Shown piece after piece: positions 56,962 through 64,000 of a stretch of DNA of 64,000 bases. The notes under the pieces were generated by a model. The model saw nothing but the letters and a program-made list of their open reading frames with translations. It had not been told where the DNA came from and ran no database searches. This stretch comes from an uncultured Eubacterium sp. (GTDB lineage Bacteria; Bacillota; Clostridia; Lachnospirales; Lachnospiraceae). Both the position numbers and the translations under genes were made by a program. Within the stretch, counting starts at the first letter, position 1, and each line of letters opens with the position of its first letter. The stretch covers positions 504-64,503 of the forward strand of contig CANDMI010000011.1 of the NCBI GenBank assembly GCA_947385775.1. The letters run 5' to 3'.

Positions 56962-57591
56962 CTATACTTTATTTTCCGTCCCATTCAGCAATCGCTTAAT
57001 ATTCGAAGAATGTCTTATCACGCCAAGCACGCAGACGACCCCGACTACGATATAAATCTCTGGCAGCGCGTTTTTTGGCGCGCCGAGTATCCCGGTCTGT
57101 CCAAATATGACCGTCTGTATGAAAAATCCCGCGCAGACCAAAAGCGAGCCAACCGACACATACCGTTTTACAAATACGCTTAAGGAAAACAGCGCAAGGC
57201 TTACCGGAACCGCCCATGGGCAAAACGCAAGGATCATTCCCGAAGTCGTCGCGATCCCCTTGCCGCCTTTAAACTTCAAATGCACCGGGAAATTATGCCC
57301 AAGCACCGCTCCAAGCCCGGCGTAGGCTTCTAAGATCTTGATTCCCTGCGGATACTGGCCCTTAAATATCAGCCATACGGCAAGCACCGCAAACACACCC
57401 TTAAACCCATCGCCCAAAAATACGATAATGCCCGCCTTTTTTCCCAACGTGCGAAACGTATTGGTCGTTCCGATATTTCCGCTTCCCATCTGCCGGATAT
57501 CCACATGGGCGTGCCTGGAATAAAAATACCCGGTCGTAAAAAGCCCGAACAAATATCCGATGATAACCGAAATCACTCGTGCGATCGTCAT
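56962..57591 (-). CDS. plsY: Glycerol-3-phosphate acyltransferase
   Basis: [42 protein letters not shown]. Confidence 0.96.
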   Translation of the reverse strand: MTIARVISVIIGYLFGLFTTGYFYSRHAHVDIRQMGSGNIGTTNTFRTLGKKAGIIVFLGDGFKGVFAVLAVWLIFKGQYPQGIKILEAYAGLGAVLGHNFPVHLKFKGGKGIATTSGMILAFCPWAVPVSLALFSLSVFVKRYVSVGSLLVCAGFFIQTVIFGQTGILGAPKNALPEIYIVVGVVCVLGVIRHSSNIKRLLNGTENKV

Positions 57592-58916
57592 TTTTTCTCT
57601 CCTTTTCTTTCACGGATGATAAACCGCATTGCCGTCCCCCGAAATCCAAACGCTTCCCGTATCTGGTTTTCTAAATAGCGCAGATAAGAAAAATGCATCA
57701 ATGCCTTGTCGTTTACAAATATCACAAACGTCGGCGGCTTGATCGAAACCTGGGTAATGTAAAACAGCTTTAGCCGTTTCCCTTTATCCGAAGGCGGCTG
57801 CTGCATCGCCGCGGCCTGCGCCATGATCTCATTCAATACGCCCGTAGCCACGCGCATAGACTGGTTTTGTATCACAACGTCGATCGTATCGAACATATTG
57901 TTTAACCGCTGTCCGGTCTTTGCGGAAATAAAAATGATCTCGGCGTAAGGCATAAAGCTAAGCACCTGGCGTATCCGCTCCTTTTGGCGGTAGATCGTCT
58001 TATCGTCCTTTTCGACCGCGTCCCACTTATTGACCGCAATGATGATTCCTTTTCCGCGGTCATGGGCAATCCCCGCAATCTTTGCGTCCTGTTCGGTAAC
58101 GCCCTGGGTGCCGTCGATCAAAATGACGACCACGTCCGCGCGCTCCACCGCGGCCACGGCGCGGATAATGCTGTAGCGCTCGATCTCGCCTTTGATCTTA
58201 TTTTTCCTCCGTATCCCAGCTGTATCGATAAACACATATTCCTGCCCGTTGTGCTTTACATCCGTATCCACCGCGTCCCTAGTCGTTCCCGCGATATCCG
58301 ATACGATCGCGCGATCTTTGCCGCAAAGCTTATTTACTAAGGAAGATTTTCCCACATTCGGTTTTCCAACGATCGCGATTTTTGGACGTTCGTCCTCCTC
58401 CTGCATGACATCCCTGGATGGAAAATGCTTTACGACCTCGTCTAAAAGCTCTCCAAGCCCCAGCTTCGACGCGGAAGAAATCGGCAGCGGATCTCCAAGC
58501 CCCAGGTTGTAAAACTCATACACGTCCGCCATAAATTTCTGAAAATCATCCACTTTATTAACCGCCAAGATCACCGGCTTATGGGAGCGGCGCAATAAAT
58601 CCGCCACCTTCGAATCCGCGTCCACAAGCCCCTGGCGCACATCCGTAAGCATCACGATCACATCCGCCGTATCGATCGCAATCTGCGCCTGCTCCCGCAT
58701 CTGTGATAAGATCACATCCTGGCTGTCCGGCTCGATGCCGCCTGTATCGATCATCGTAAAATCCCATTTCGTCCACGAAACATCCGCGTAAATCCGGTCC
58801 CTGGTAACGCCCGGCGTATCCTGCACAATGGAAATGCGCGAGCCTGCAAGCGCATTAAATAATGTAGATTTGCCAACGTTCGGCCGCCCTACAATCGCTA
58901 AAATCGGCTTACTCAT
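57588..58916 (-). CDS. der: Ribosome biogenesis GTPase Der (EngA)
   Basis: Two GTPase domains: [16 protein letters not shown]; [16 protein letters not shown]; KH-like C-terminus. Confidence 0.98.
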   Translation of the reverse strand: MSKPILAIVGRPNVGKSTLFNALAGSRISIVQDTPGVTRDRIYADVSWTKWDFTMIDTGGIEPDSQDVILSQMREQAQIAIDTADVIVMLTDVRQGLVDADSKVADLLRRSHKPVILAVNKVDDFQKFMADVYEFYNLGLGDPLPISSASKLGLGELLDEVVKHFPSRDVMQEEDERPKIAIVGKPNVGKSSLVNKLCGKDRAIVSDIAGTTRDAVDTDVKHNGQEYVFIDTAGIRRKNKIKGEIERYSIIRAVAAVERADVVVILIDGTQGVTEQDAKIAGIAHDRGKGIIIAVNKWDAVEKDDKTIYRQKERIRQVLSFMPYAEIIFISAKTGQRLNNMFDTIDVVIQNQSMRVATGVLNEIMAQAAAMQQPPSDKGKRLKLFYITQVSIKPPTFVIFVNDKALMHFSYLRYLENQIREAFGFRGTAMRFIIRERKGEKK

Positions 58917-58917
58917 A

Positions 58918-60324
58918 TTATTTTCTCCTGTTCTGGCTTCCACAAAAAGCATCGTATAAATCCTGTCCGTTAGAGTTTACAATAACTGTTTCTACTTGTA
59001 AAGAGTTTTTCAGCTCCGAAAGCGTCATATCGTCCAAAAACACTTCCTCCCCGCTGCGCAAAAGACTGCACGGCAATAACAGCCTTTCCCCAAGCCGCCG
59101 TCCCTTTAGCTGGGCTAAAATATCCCGCCCTGTCAAAAGCCCCGCTACCGTAATAAACTCCCCGAAAAAATCGTTGCGTATCGCAATGACCTCGATCCGC
59201 TTCTTTGGAAAGCGCCGCATAAACTCCTTTGCCAAAGCGCGGATATAAGGCGCCGCAAGCTCTCCTGTGGCAACGCTGATACATTCCGGCTTTTGTGCAA
59301 GAAAAGCGCAAGTCTCTTCCTTATTATTTAACGCTTCGTGAAATTCATCCAGTAAAAGCCGCAGCATCCCAACGCCATTTTCCAACTGCAAATACCCGTC
59401 GTATGACTTCGCATTTGGCAGCTCTTCTTCCGCTAAAAGATACCACTCGTCCGACGCATGGATAAAATGCATCTGGAACCGCTCCATGCAATCTGCCTGA
59501 TGCCTGCGGACGGTTTCCAACACCTCTTTTGCGTCTTTTTTTGAAAACATATCCAGCTGAAACAGTCCGTCCCGGTATTTCGTAAGCCCCGCTGGAACGA
59601 CCGACACGCTTTCCATATGCGGGCAGTATGCCTTTAACTGCTCTAGCGTATATTCCAACTCCTCTTTATCATTCACTCCCTTACAGAGCACGACCTGCCC
59701 GTTCATCGCGATCCCCACTTCATACAGCCGCTTCATTTTCAAAAGCGCCTCCCCCGCGAAACGGTTTTGCAGCATCTTACAGCGCAGTTTTGGATTCATC
59801 GTCTGCACGGAAATATTGATCGGCGCAAGCTTATAGCGGATGATCCTCTCAATGTCCTTATCCCCCATATTCGTAAGCGTCACATAATTTCCCTGCAAAA
59901 ACGAAAGCCTGGAATCGTCATCTTTAAAATACAGCGTCTCCCGCATCCCGGGCGGCATCTGGTCGATAAAGCAAAAAATGCATTTATTGCGGCACGTCCG
60001 ATACTCGTCCATCAGGCCGTTTTCAAATTCTATCCCGAAATCCTCCTCGTATTCTTTCTCAATCTCCATCTCCCACTCTTCGCCGTCCGGCTTTCGAATC
60101 AGTACGGTAAGGCGCTCGTCGTTCATCTGGTACTGGTAGTCAAATACGTCCTCGATCTCCTGCCCGTTTACAGATACAAGGATATCCCCCGGCTCCACCT
60201 CCAGCTGGTCTGCGATGCTGCCCGGGATGACGCGGTATATTTTATGCTCTTTTTTTGGAGCTGATTTTTGCTCTGATTTTTGCTCTATTTTTTTTTCCAT
60301 TTCTGCTTTCATTTCCTGTCCCAT
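58918..60324 (-). CDS. DUF512 family protein (PDZ plus radical SAM-like)
   Basis: [12 protein letters not shown]; CRNKCIFC; [21 protein letters not shown]; QLENGVG. Confidence 0.92.
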   Translation of the reverse strand: MGQEMKAEMEKKIEQKSEQKSAPKKEHKIYRVIPGSIADQLEVEPGDILVSVNGQEIEDVFDYQYQMNDERLTVLIRKPDGEEWEMEIEKEYEEDFGIEFENGLMDEYRTCRNKCIFCFIDQMPPGMRETLYFKDDDSRLSFLQGNYVTLTNMGDKDIERIIRYKLAPINISVQTMNPKLRCKMLQNRFAGEALLKMKRLYEVGIAMNGQVVLCKGVNDKEELEYTLEQLKAYCPHMESVSVVPAGLTKYRDGLFQLDMFSKKDAKEVLETVRRHQADCMERFQMHFIHASDEWYLLAEEELPNAKSYDGYLQLENGVGMLRLLLDEFHEALNNKEETCAFLAQKPECISVATGELAAPYIRALAKEFMRRFPKKRIEVIAIRNDFFGEFITVAGLLTGRDILAQLKGRRLGERLLLPCSLLRSGEEVFLDDMTLSELKNSLQVETVIVNSNGQDLYDAFCGSQNRRK

Positions 60325-60470
60325 TTTCCACCCGCCTGACTGTTTTACTCTAAAGCGCATTTAAAAAATCATTCCCACCGTCTGCCTCTTTCACTTTGCG
60401 CGATATTTGCGCCAAGTTCAGTCTACAATTTAAGAAGCGTTTTTCAAACACGCTCTGGCGCTTTGCCAAC

Positions 60471-60479
60471 ATTATAACA
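60471..60479 (-). promoter_or_regulatory. Extended -10 promoter for the DUF512-der operon
   Basis: TGTTATAAT on the minus strand; no good -35 at 17-nt spacing. Confidence 0.5.
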
Positions 60480-60697
60480 TACCCTGTCAAATATCGGTGA
60501 TGGAAGGAGCTAGGATCTGGCGCTTTTCTAAAGTGAAATTTTCCATTTTTTCACCCACCTTAATTATTTCATCAAAAAATCCACCGTCACTCCGATATTT
60601 TCGACAGATTTCATCTGCCATCGCTCCCAAAAAATTGAATGCATCGATTATAACATATGGTATAATGAAATACAATAAAAGAACGGGAGGTATATTT

Positions 60698-61405
60698 ATG
60701 GCAACATGGAACCCGTGGAGGGGCTGTCACAGACACAGCGCAGGCTGCAAATATTGCTATATACATAAGGGCGATTCGAAAAAAGGGATCGATACAAACA
60801 AGGTTATAAAAACAGAAAAATTTTACGCCCCGATAGAAAAAACAAAAAAGGGCATTTATAAAATGAAACCAGGCCAACTTGTATATGTGTGCTTTTCATC
60901 AGACTTTCTGATAAAAGACGCAGACAATTGGCGCAAGGAATGCTGGCAAATGATACGGGAACGCTGCGACTTGCATTTTCTATTTCTCACAAAGCGGATC
61001 GAAAGGTTTTCCGATTGCGTTCCGAATGATTGGAATGATGGATATGAAAATGTCACTGTTGGCTGCACGGTTGAAAATCAGGAAACCGCAGACTGCCGAT
61101 TAAGCGTCTTTTCCAAGCTTCCGATCAAGCATAAAAATATCATTTGCCAGCCATTGCTCGAAAATATCGACCTCTCTTCTTATCTACATGGTATAGAATT
61201 AGTGGTTGTCGGCGGGGAATCGGATAAAAACGCAAGGCCCCTTGACTACGACTGGGTATTGCAGATACGCCAGCAATGTATTTCCCAGAACGTACATTTT
61301 GAATTTCGGCAATGCGGCACGCATTTTATTAAGGACAATAAGCTATACAAATTAAAAACCCGGGACTTATGCAGCCAGGCTAAAAAAGCAAATATAAACT
61401 TCTAA
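60698..61405 (+). CDS. DUF5131 family protein (Gp37Gp68-like)
   Basis: WNPWRGCHRHSAGCKYCY, SSDF, FLFLTKR, PLL, VVVGGES, FRQCG; GGAGG RBS. Confidence 0.9.
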   Translation: MATWNPWRGCHRHSAGCKYCYIHKGDSKKGIDTNKVIKTEKFYAPIEKTKKGIYKMKPGQLVYVCFSSDFLIKDADNWRKECWQMIRERCDLHFLFLTKRIERFSDCVPNDWNDGYENVTVGCTVENQETADCRLSVFSKLPIKHKNIICQPLLENIDLSSYLHGIELVVVGGESDKNARPLDYDWVLQIRQQCISQNVHFEFRQCGTHFIKDNKLYKLKTRDLCSQAKKANINF

Positions 61406-61468
61406 TGCCCTCGTTGAAAAAAATATGGCATGCTTTGCCCGCTGTTCCCTTATTCGGCCTAAAAAACC

Positions 61469-61600
61469 ATGGTAAACGCAAGACACAAATTTCTTGATAT
61501 TATCATTATAGCTGTCACAGCAGTCCTTGCAGGGATGGATACATGGAATGAGATTGCCAGGAAGATCATTGAGAAAAAGGCGGATTATATATTGGAATAA
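61469..61600 (+). mobile_element. Internally deleted ISAs1-family transposase remnant
   Basis: RHKFLDIIIIAVTAVLAGMDTWNEI (N-terminal H-repeat-type motif) fused in frame to IARKIIEKKADYIL (central motif). Confidence 0.75.
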
Positions 61601-61783
61601 TACTGAAAACAGATATCCCCAAATCTACAAAAAGTTTATAAATTTTCAGGAATATGATTATTTCCACTGCCAAGTGAAACCGGGCTTTCTCCGGTACGTT
61701 ATGCTTTAACCGCCCCCTTTCCTGTAGGGAAACAAAAAACACCAACCTCTAATAGCTGATGTCATGTTTTATAATCCATTATT

Positions 61784-61974
61784 TTATTTGCGCCGAATCA
61801 CCAGTTTCTGTTTGCCTTTTGCATTTTTCTCCAACGCAAAGACCATGCCGAATCCCTCTCAAAAAAGCCGGAACCTTTTCTCTGGCTTATCCCGCATTTA
61901 CAGTGCAGCAGACCAATAAACCGCTGTTTCATCTTTTTTCCGTAGTTTGGACACACCTTGTTACTTTTTCCCAT
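61784..61974 (-). pseudogene. Frameshifted small Cys-rich protein gene
   Basis: MGKSNKVCPNYGKKMKQRFIGLLHCKCGIS...FERD / MVFALEKNAKGKQKLVIRRK*; 191 nt; resembles small zinc-ribbon proteins of clostridial mobile elements. Confidence 0.6.
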
Positions 61975-62031
61975 AGGCAGACTACTCCCCTCTTAAGGAA
62001 TTATTATACAAGATTCTGAAACTGAAAAATA

Positions 62032-62616
62032 TCATTCTGAATAAATATTTTTTCCAAATTCATACGCCTCCTGCAAGTGGGCTGTCTTATCAATCTGCGG
62101 TTTCCCATTCGTGTCCCCACATCCCCCGGCAAGCAGCATTCCCTTATCTGTAAACCCGATATAATTTACCATTGCAAACTGATAATAAGAAACCGCCTGC
62201 TCAAATGTCCAAAAGAAATCGTCTGCCGAAGTCATCAGCAGGGCACAGTCCCTAACCGGGTATTTTTCATACCTGCCAAGCGGCGGGTTAGAATCTTCCT
62301 CCGCAATACAATAAAACCTTTCAATAAACGCCTTTATCCGGGATGATACCGTCCAGAAATACAGCGGCGAGGCAAATACAATGCAGTCCGCCTCCTTTAT
62401 TTTCGGAACCATGCCGTTAAATGCGTCTTTCTGCACGCACGGTTTCCCATAGCGGCAGGCATTGCAGCCAAGACACCCCTTGACTTCATTCTTTACCAGT
62501 GAAATCACTTCCACGGAATGTCCGCTTTCCTCCGCCCCTTTTACAAAATGGCTGACAAGCTGTGCCGTATTTCCGTTAGCCCTGCCGCCGCCCTGTACCA
62601 CAAGAATTTTTCTCAT
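62032..62616 (-). CDS. Flavodoxin family / NADPH-dependent FMN reductase with Cys cluster
   Basis: GGGRANGNT, CLGCNAC..GKPCVQKD, FASPLYFWTVS. Confidence 0.92.
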   Translation of the reverse strand: MRKILVVQGGGRANGNTAQLVSHFVKGAEESGHSVEVISLVKNEVKGCLGCNACRYGKPCVQKDAFNGMVPKIKEADCIVFASPLYFWTVSSRIKAFIERFYCIAEEDSNPPLGRYEKYPVRDCALLMTSADDFFWTFEQAVSYYQFAMVNYIGFTDKGMLLAGGCGDTNGKPQIDKTAHLQEAYEFGKNIYSE

Positions 62617-62649
62617 TGCATTTACCTCCAGATTCAGATGATACAATCC

Positions 62650-62879
62650 TCATTCCCTTATAAATGTCCTGTACGCCGCAGGAATCCCAGTTTCATCAAA
62701 TACCTACCGTTCACCCTCATTGCAGACCATATTTCTCCCAAAGTTCCATATTCTTTGCCATCATGTGGGAGACATGGTGGACGTCTAAAGAATGCTGGTC
62801 TTTCCAACCGTCGATTAAAAGCGCTGTCTCCTTAATTTCCATTCATGCCGCTGTAATAAATATTTACTGTAACCGCCAC
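62650..62879 (-). pseudogene. Antibiotic biosynthesis monooxygenase-like gene with internal deletion and frameshifts
   Basis: VAVTVNIYYSGMNGN / ETALLIDGWKDQHSLDVHH...EKYGL / DETGIPAAYRTFIRE*; GGAGG RBS. Confidence 0.65.
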
Positions 62880-62925
62880 TCCATTTACCTCCTCTGACCT
62901 AAATTACAAAACTCCATTCCTCCGT

Positions 62926-63129
62926 TTATTCATATATCTTTCCCATATGCAATATTTTTGCAAATGTTTTGTAATCCACCTTTTCCCAATCTACCGTATC
63001 ATCAAAAACAGAACAGTCATCCACCCAGCTTGCTATCTGCCCCAGATAATCAGTAATCTTGGTATTTGCCCATTCTTCAGGATGTTCTTTTGAATCTAAT
63101 CCCCTTTTCCATTTCCTGACAGATTCCAT
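62926..63129 (-). CDS. Small hypothetical protein, possibly an N-terminally truncated member of the W-x-N...IASW...GKIYE family
   Basis: PEEWANTKITDYLGQIASWVDD...VDYKTFAKILHMGKIYE; ATG abuts the upstream stop. Confidence 0.55.
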   Translation of the reverse strand: MESVRKWKRGLDSKEHPEEWANTKITDYLGQIASWVDDCSVFDDTVDWEKVDYKTFAKILHMGKIYE

Positions 63130-63345
63130 TTACAAAATCCCATATTTCCGAAAAATGCAGTCCAAGTCTGCCCGGCTGATTTTTCCCGCCAGATAATATC
63201 CCTTGACAGTTGCCTCAACCCCCTCAAAGAAAATATCAAAATTGAACCAGTCGCCTGCATCATAATATTTCCGCAGTTGCGCAAAGTCACGCTGTAACCT
63301 CTCCGGCAAATCTTCCCGCAAATCTACCGCCTCGTCAATAAACAT
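63130..63345 (-). CDS. Small hypothetical protein coupled to the kinase gene
   Basis: 71 aa helical ORF; ATG immediately follows the kinase TAG. Confidence 0.7.
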   Translation of the reverse strand: MFIDEAVDLREDLPERLQRDFAQLRKYYDAGDWFNFDIFFEGVEATVKGYYLAGKISRADLDCIFRKYGIL

Positions 63346-64000
63346 CTACCTGCACCTTCTTTCCTGTCCAACTTCCATCTGTCTTTCCTCTGCCATCTGC
63401 TGCCCCATGATCTTCCGGCACGCCGGCTCAAAGACTTTCTCATACCGTTCTTCCATAACCGCCAGATAAAATTTCTTTTGTATGTCAGTCAACACAGGAA
63501 TCCCTAAAATCATTTTTTCTATCTCCGGCAATGCATGTGCCATTTTCGGTGTAATATTTCTCACTGCCTCATTACAGCCCTCATATTCCATCCTCTCTAT
63601 CAGATGGTACGGATTCAGCCTGTCTCCGCCCAATTCAAAGATACATCTTCTCGCTGAGAAAGACTCTGCCGCCAGACGTTTTTCATCCGATAAAACCGCC
63701 TGCATTTTTTCATCATCCCATTTCGAGTTCAAACAGTTCCCATTATCATAAACGGGCGCCAGTTCCTTTGTACCATCCTCCCTGACGATAACACCCCAGT
63801 TACTGTTATTACGGTCCGTATTCCCAATCAACGCATCCACCACAAACATATTCCAGAAATGTTCCTGTACGCCGTCCACATCTTTTAAGAATGGATGTTC
63901 CTGTATTGTCATCAGTATTTCATACAAATCCAGTCCGGTACCATTTGTTTCATTCCCTTTGGAATCTAAAAACGGCGGATCGAACGTTACCTTTATCTTG
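63346..64000 (-). CDS. HipA/CtkA-like kinase, 5'-partial (runs off window end)
   Basis: Frame open to 64000; FWNMFVVDALIGNTDRNNSNWG catalytic loop and LAPVYDNG Mg-binding motif. Confidence 0.85.
   Translation of the reverse strand, partial: KIKVTFDPPFLDSKGNETNGTGLDLYEILMTIQEHPFLKDVDGVQEHFWNMFVVDALIGNTDRNNSNWGVIVREDGTKELAPVYDNGNCLNSKWDDEKMQAVLSDEKRLAAESFSARRCIFELGGDRLNPYHLIERMEYEGCNEAVRNITPKMAHALPEIEKMILGIPVLTDIQKKFYLAVMEERYEKVFEPACRKIMGQQMAEERQMEVGQERRCR

Noticed and set aside
10371-60264. Numerous antisense or alternate-frame ORFs in the supplied track
   Set aside because: They lie wholly within well-supported genes, lack RBS and motifs, and are expected at this GC content.
60471-60490. 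TTGACA...TATAAT as a perfect promoter
   Set aside because: The spacer is only 8 nt; only the extended -10 is credible.
60487-60697. ORF 60487-60675 (-) and the 67-aa N-terminal extension of ORF 60497-61405 (+)
   Set aside because: No recognisable family for the former; DUF5131 has a clear GGAGG RBS at ATG 60698.

Overview
AT-moderate Firmicutes chromosome segment, most consistent with a Lachnospiraceae genome (inference from gene content and protein styles). The core is housekeeping: queA, pheST, pckA, citrate synthase, thrC, gltBD, a raffinose/sucrose-type sugar locus (GH36, GH32, ABC transporter, LacI), a der-plsY-gpsA-folC-folE-folP-folBK operon and a probable 6S RNA gene. Both ends are decayed mobile DNA. 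At the left (1-4640) two tandem Tn916-like integrative element relics share a 13-bp att core (TCTGCCACGGCAA) inside the catalytic-loop codons of a low-molecular-weight phosphatase gene, and each element end supplies a replacement 5' end for that gene. At the right (from about 60.5 kb) is an island with IS and gene remnants and a HipA/CtkA-like kinase running off the window. The most notable unexplained signals are: (i) 55-78 nt elements placed directly after intrinsic terminators that begin ATGCGCA and end TACTCGAT, resembling the two ends of a group IIC intron; (ii) a single-domain response regulator paired with a protein of four MshEN-like repeats fused to a CheX/CheC-like domain; (iii) two Rpn-like PD-(D/E)XK genes with internal Shine-Dalgarno/ATG sites; (iv) an apparently catalytically dead AP2-HNH protein behind a perfect sigma-A promoter; (v) a pheST promoter with no room for a T-box, directly behind a toxin-antitoxin pair. 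No CRISPR array, tRNA or rRNA gene was seen. All family assignments are by eye, without database searches.
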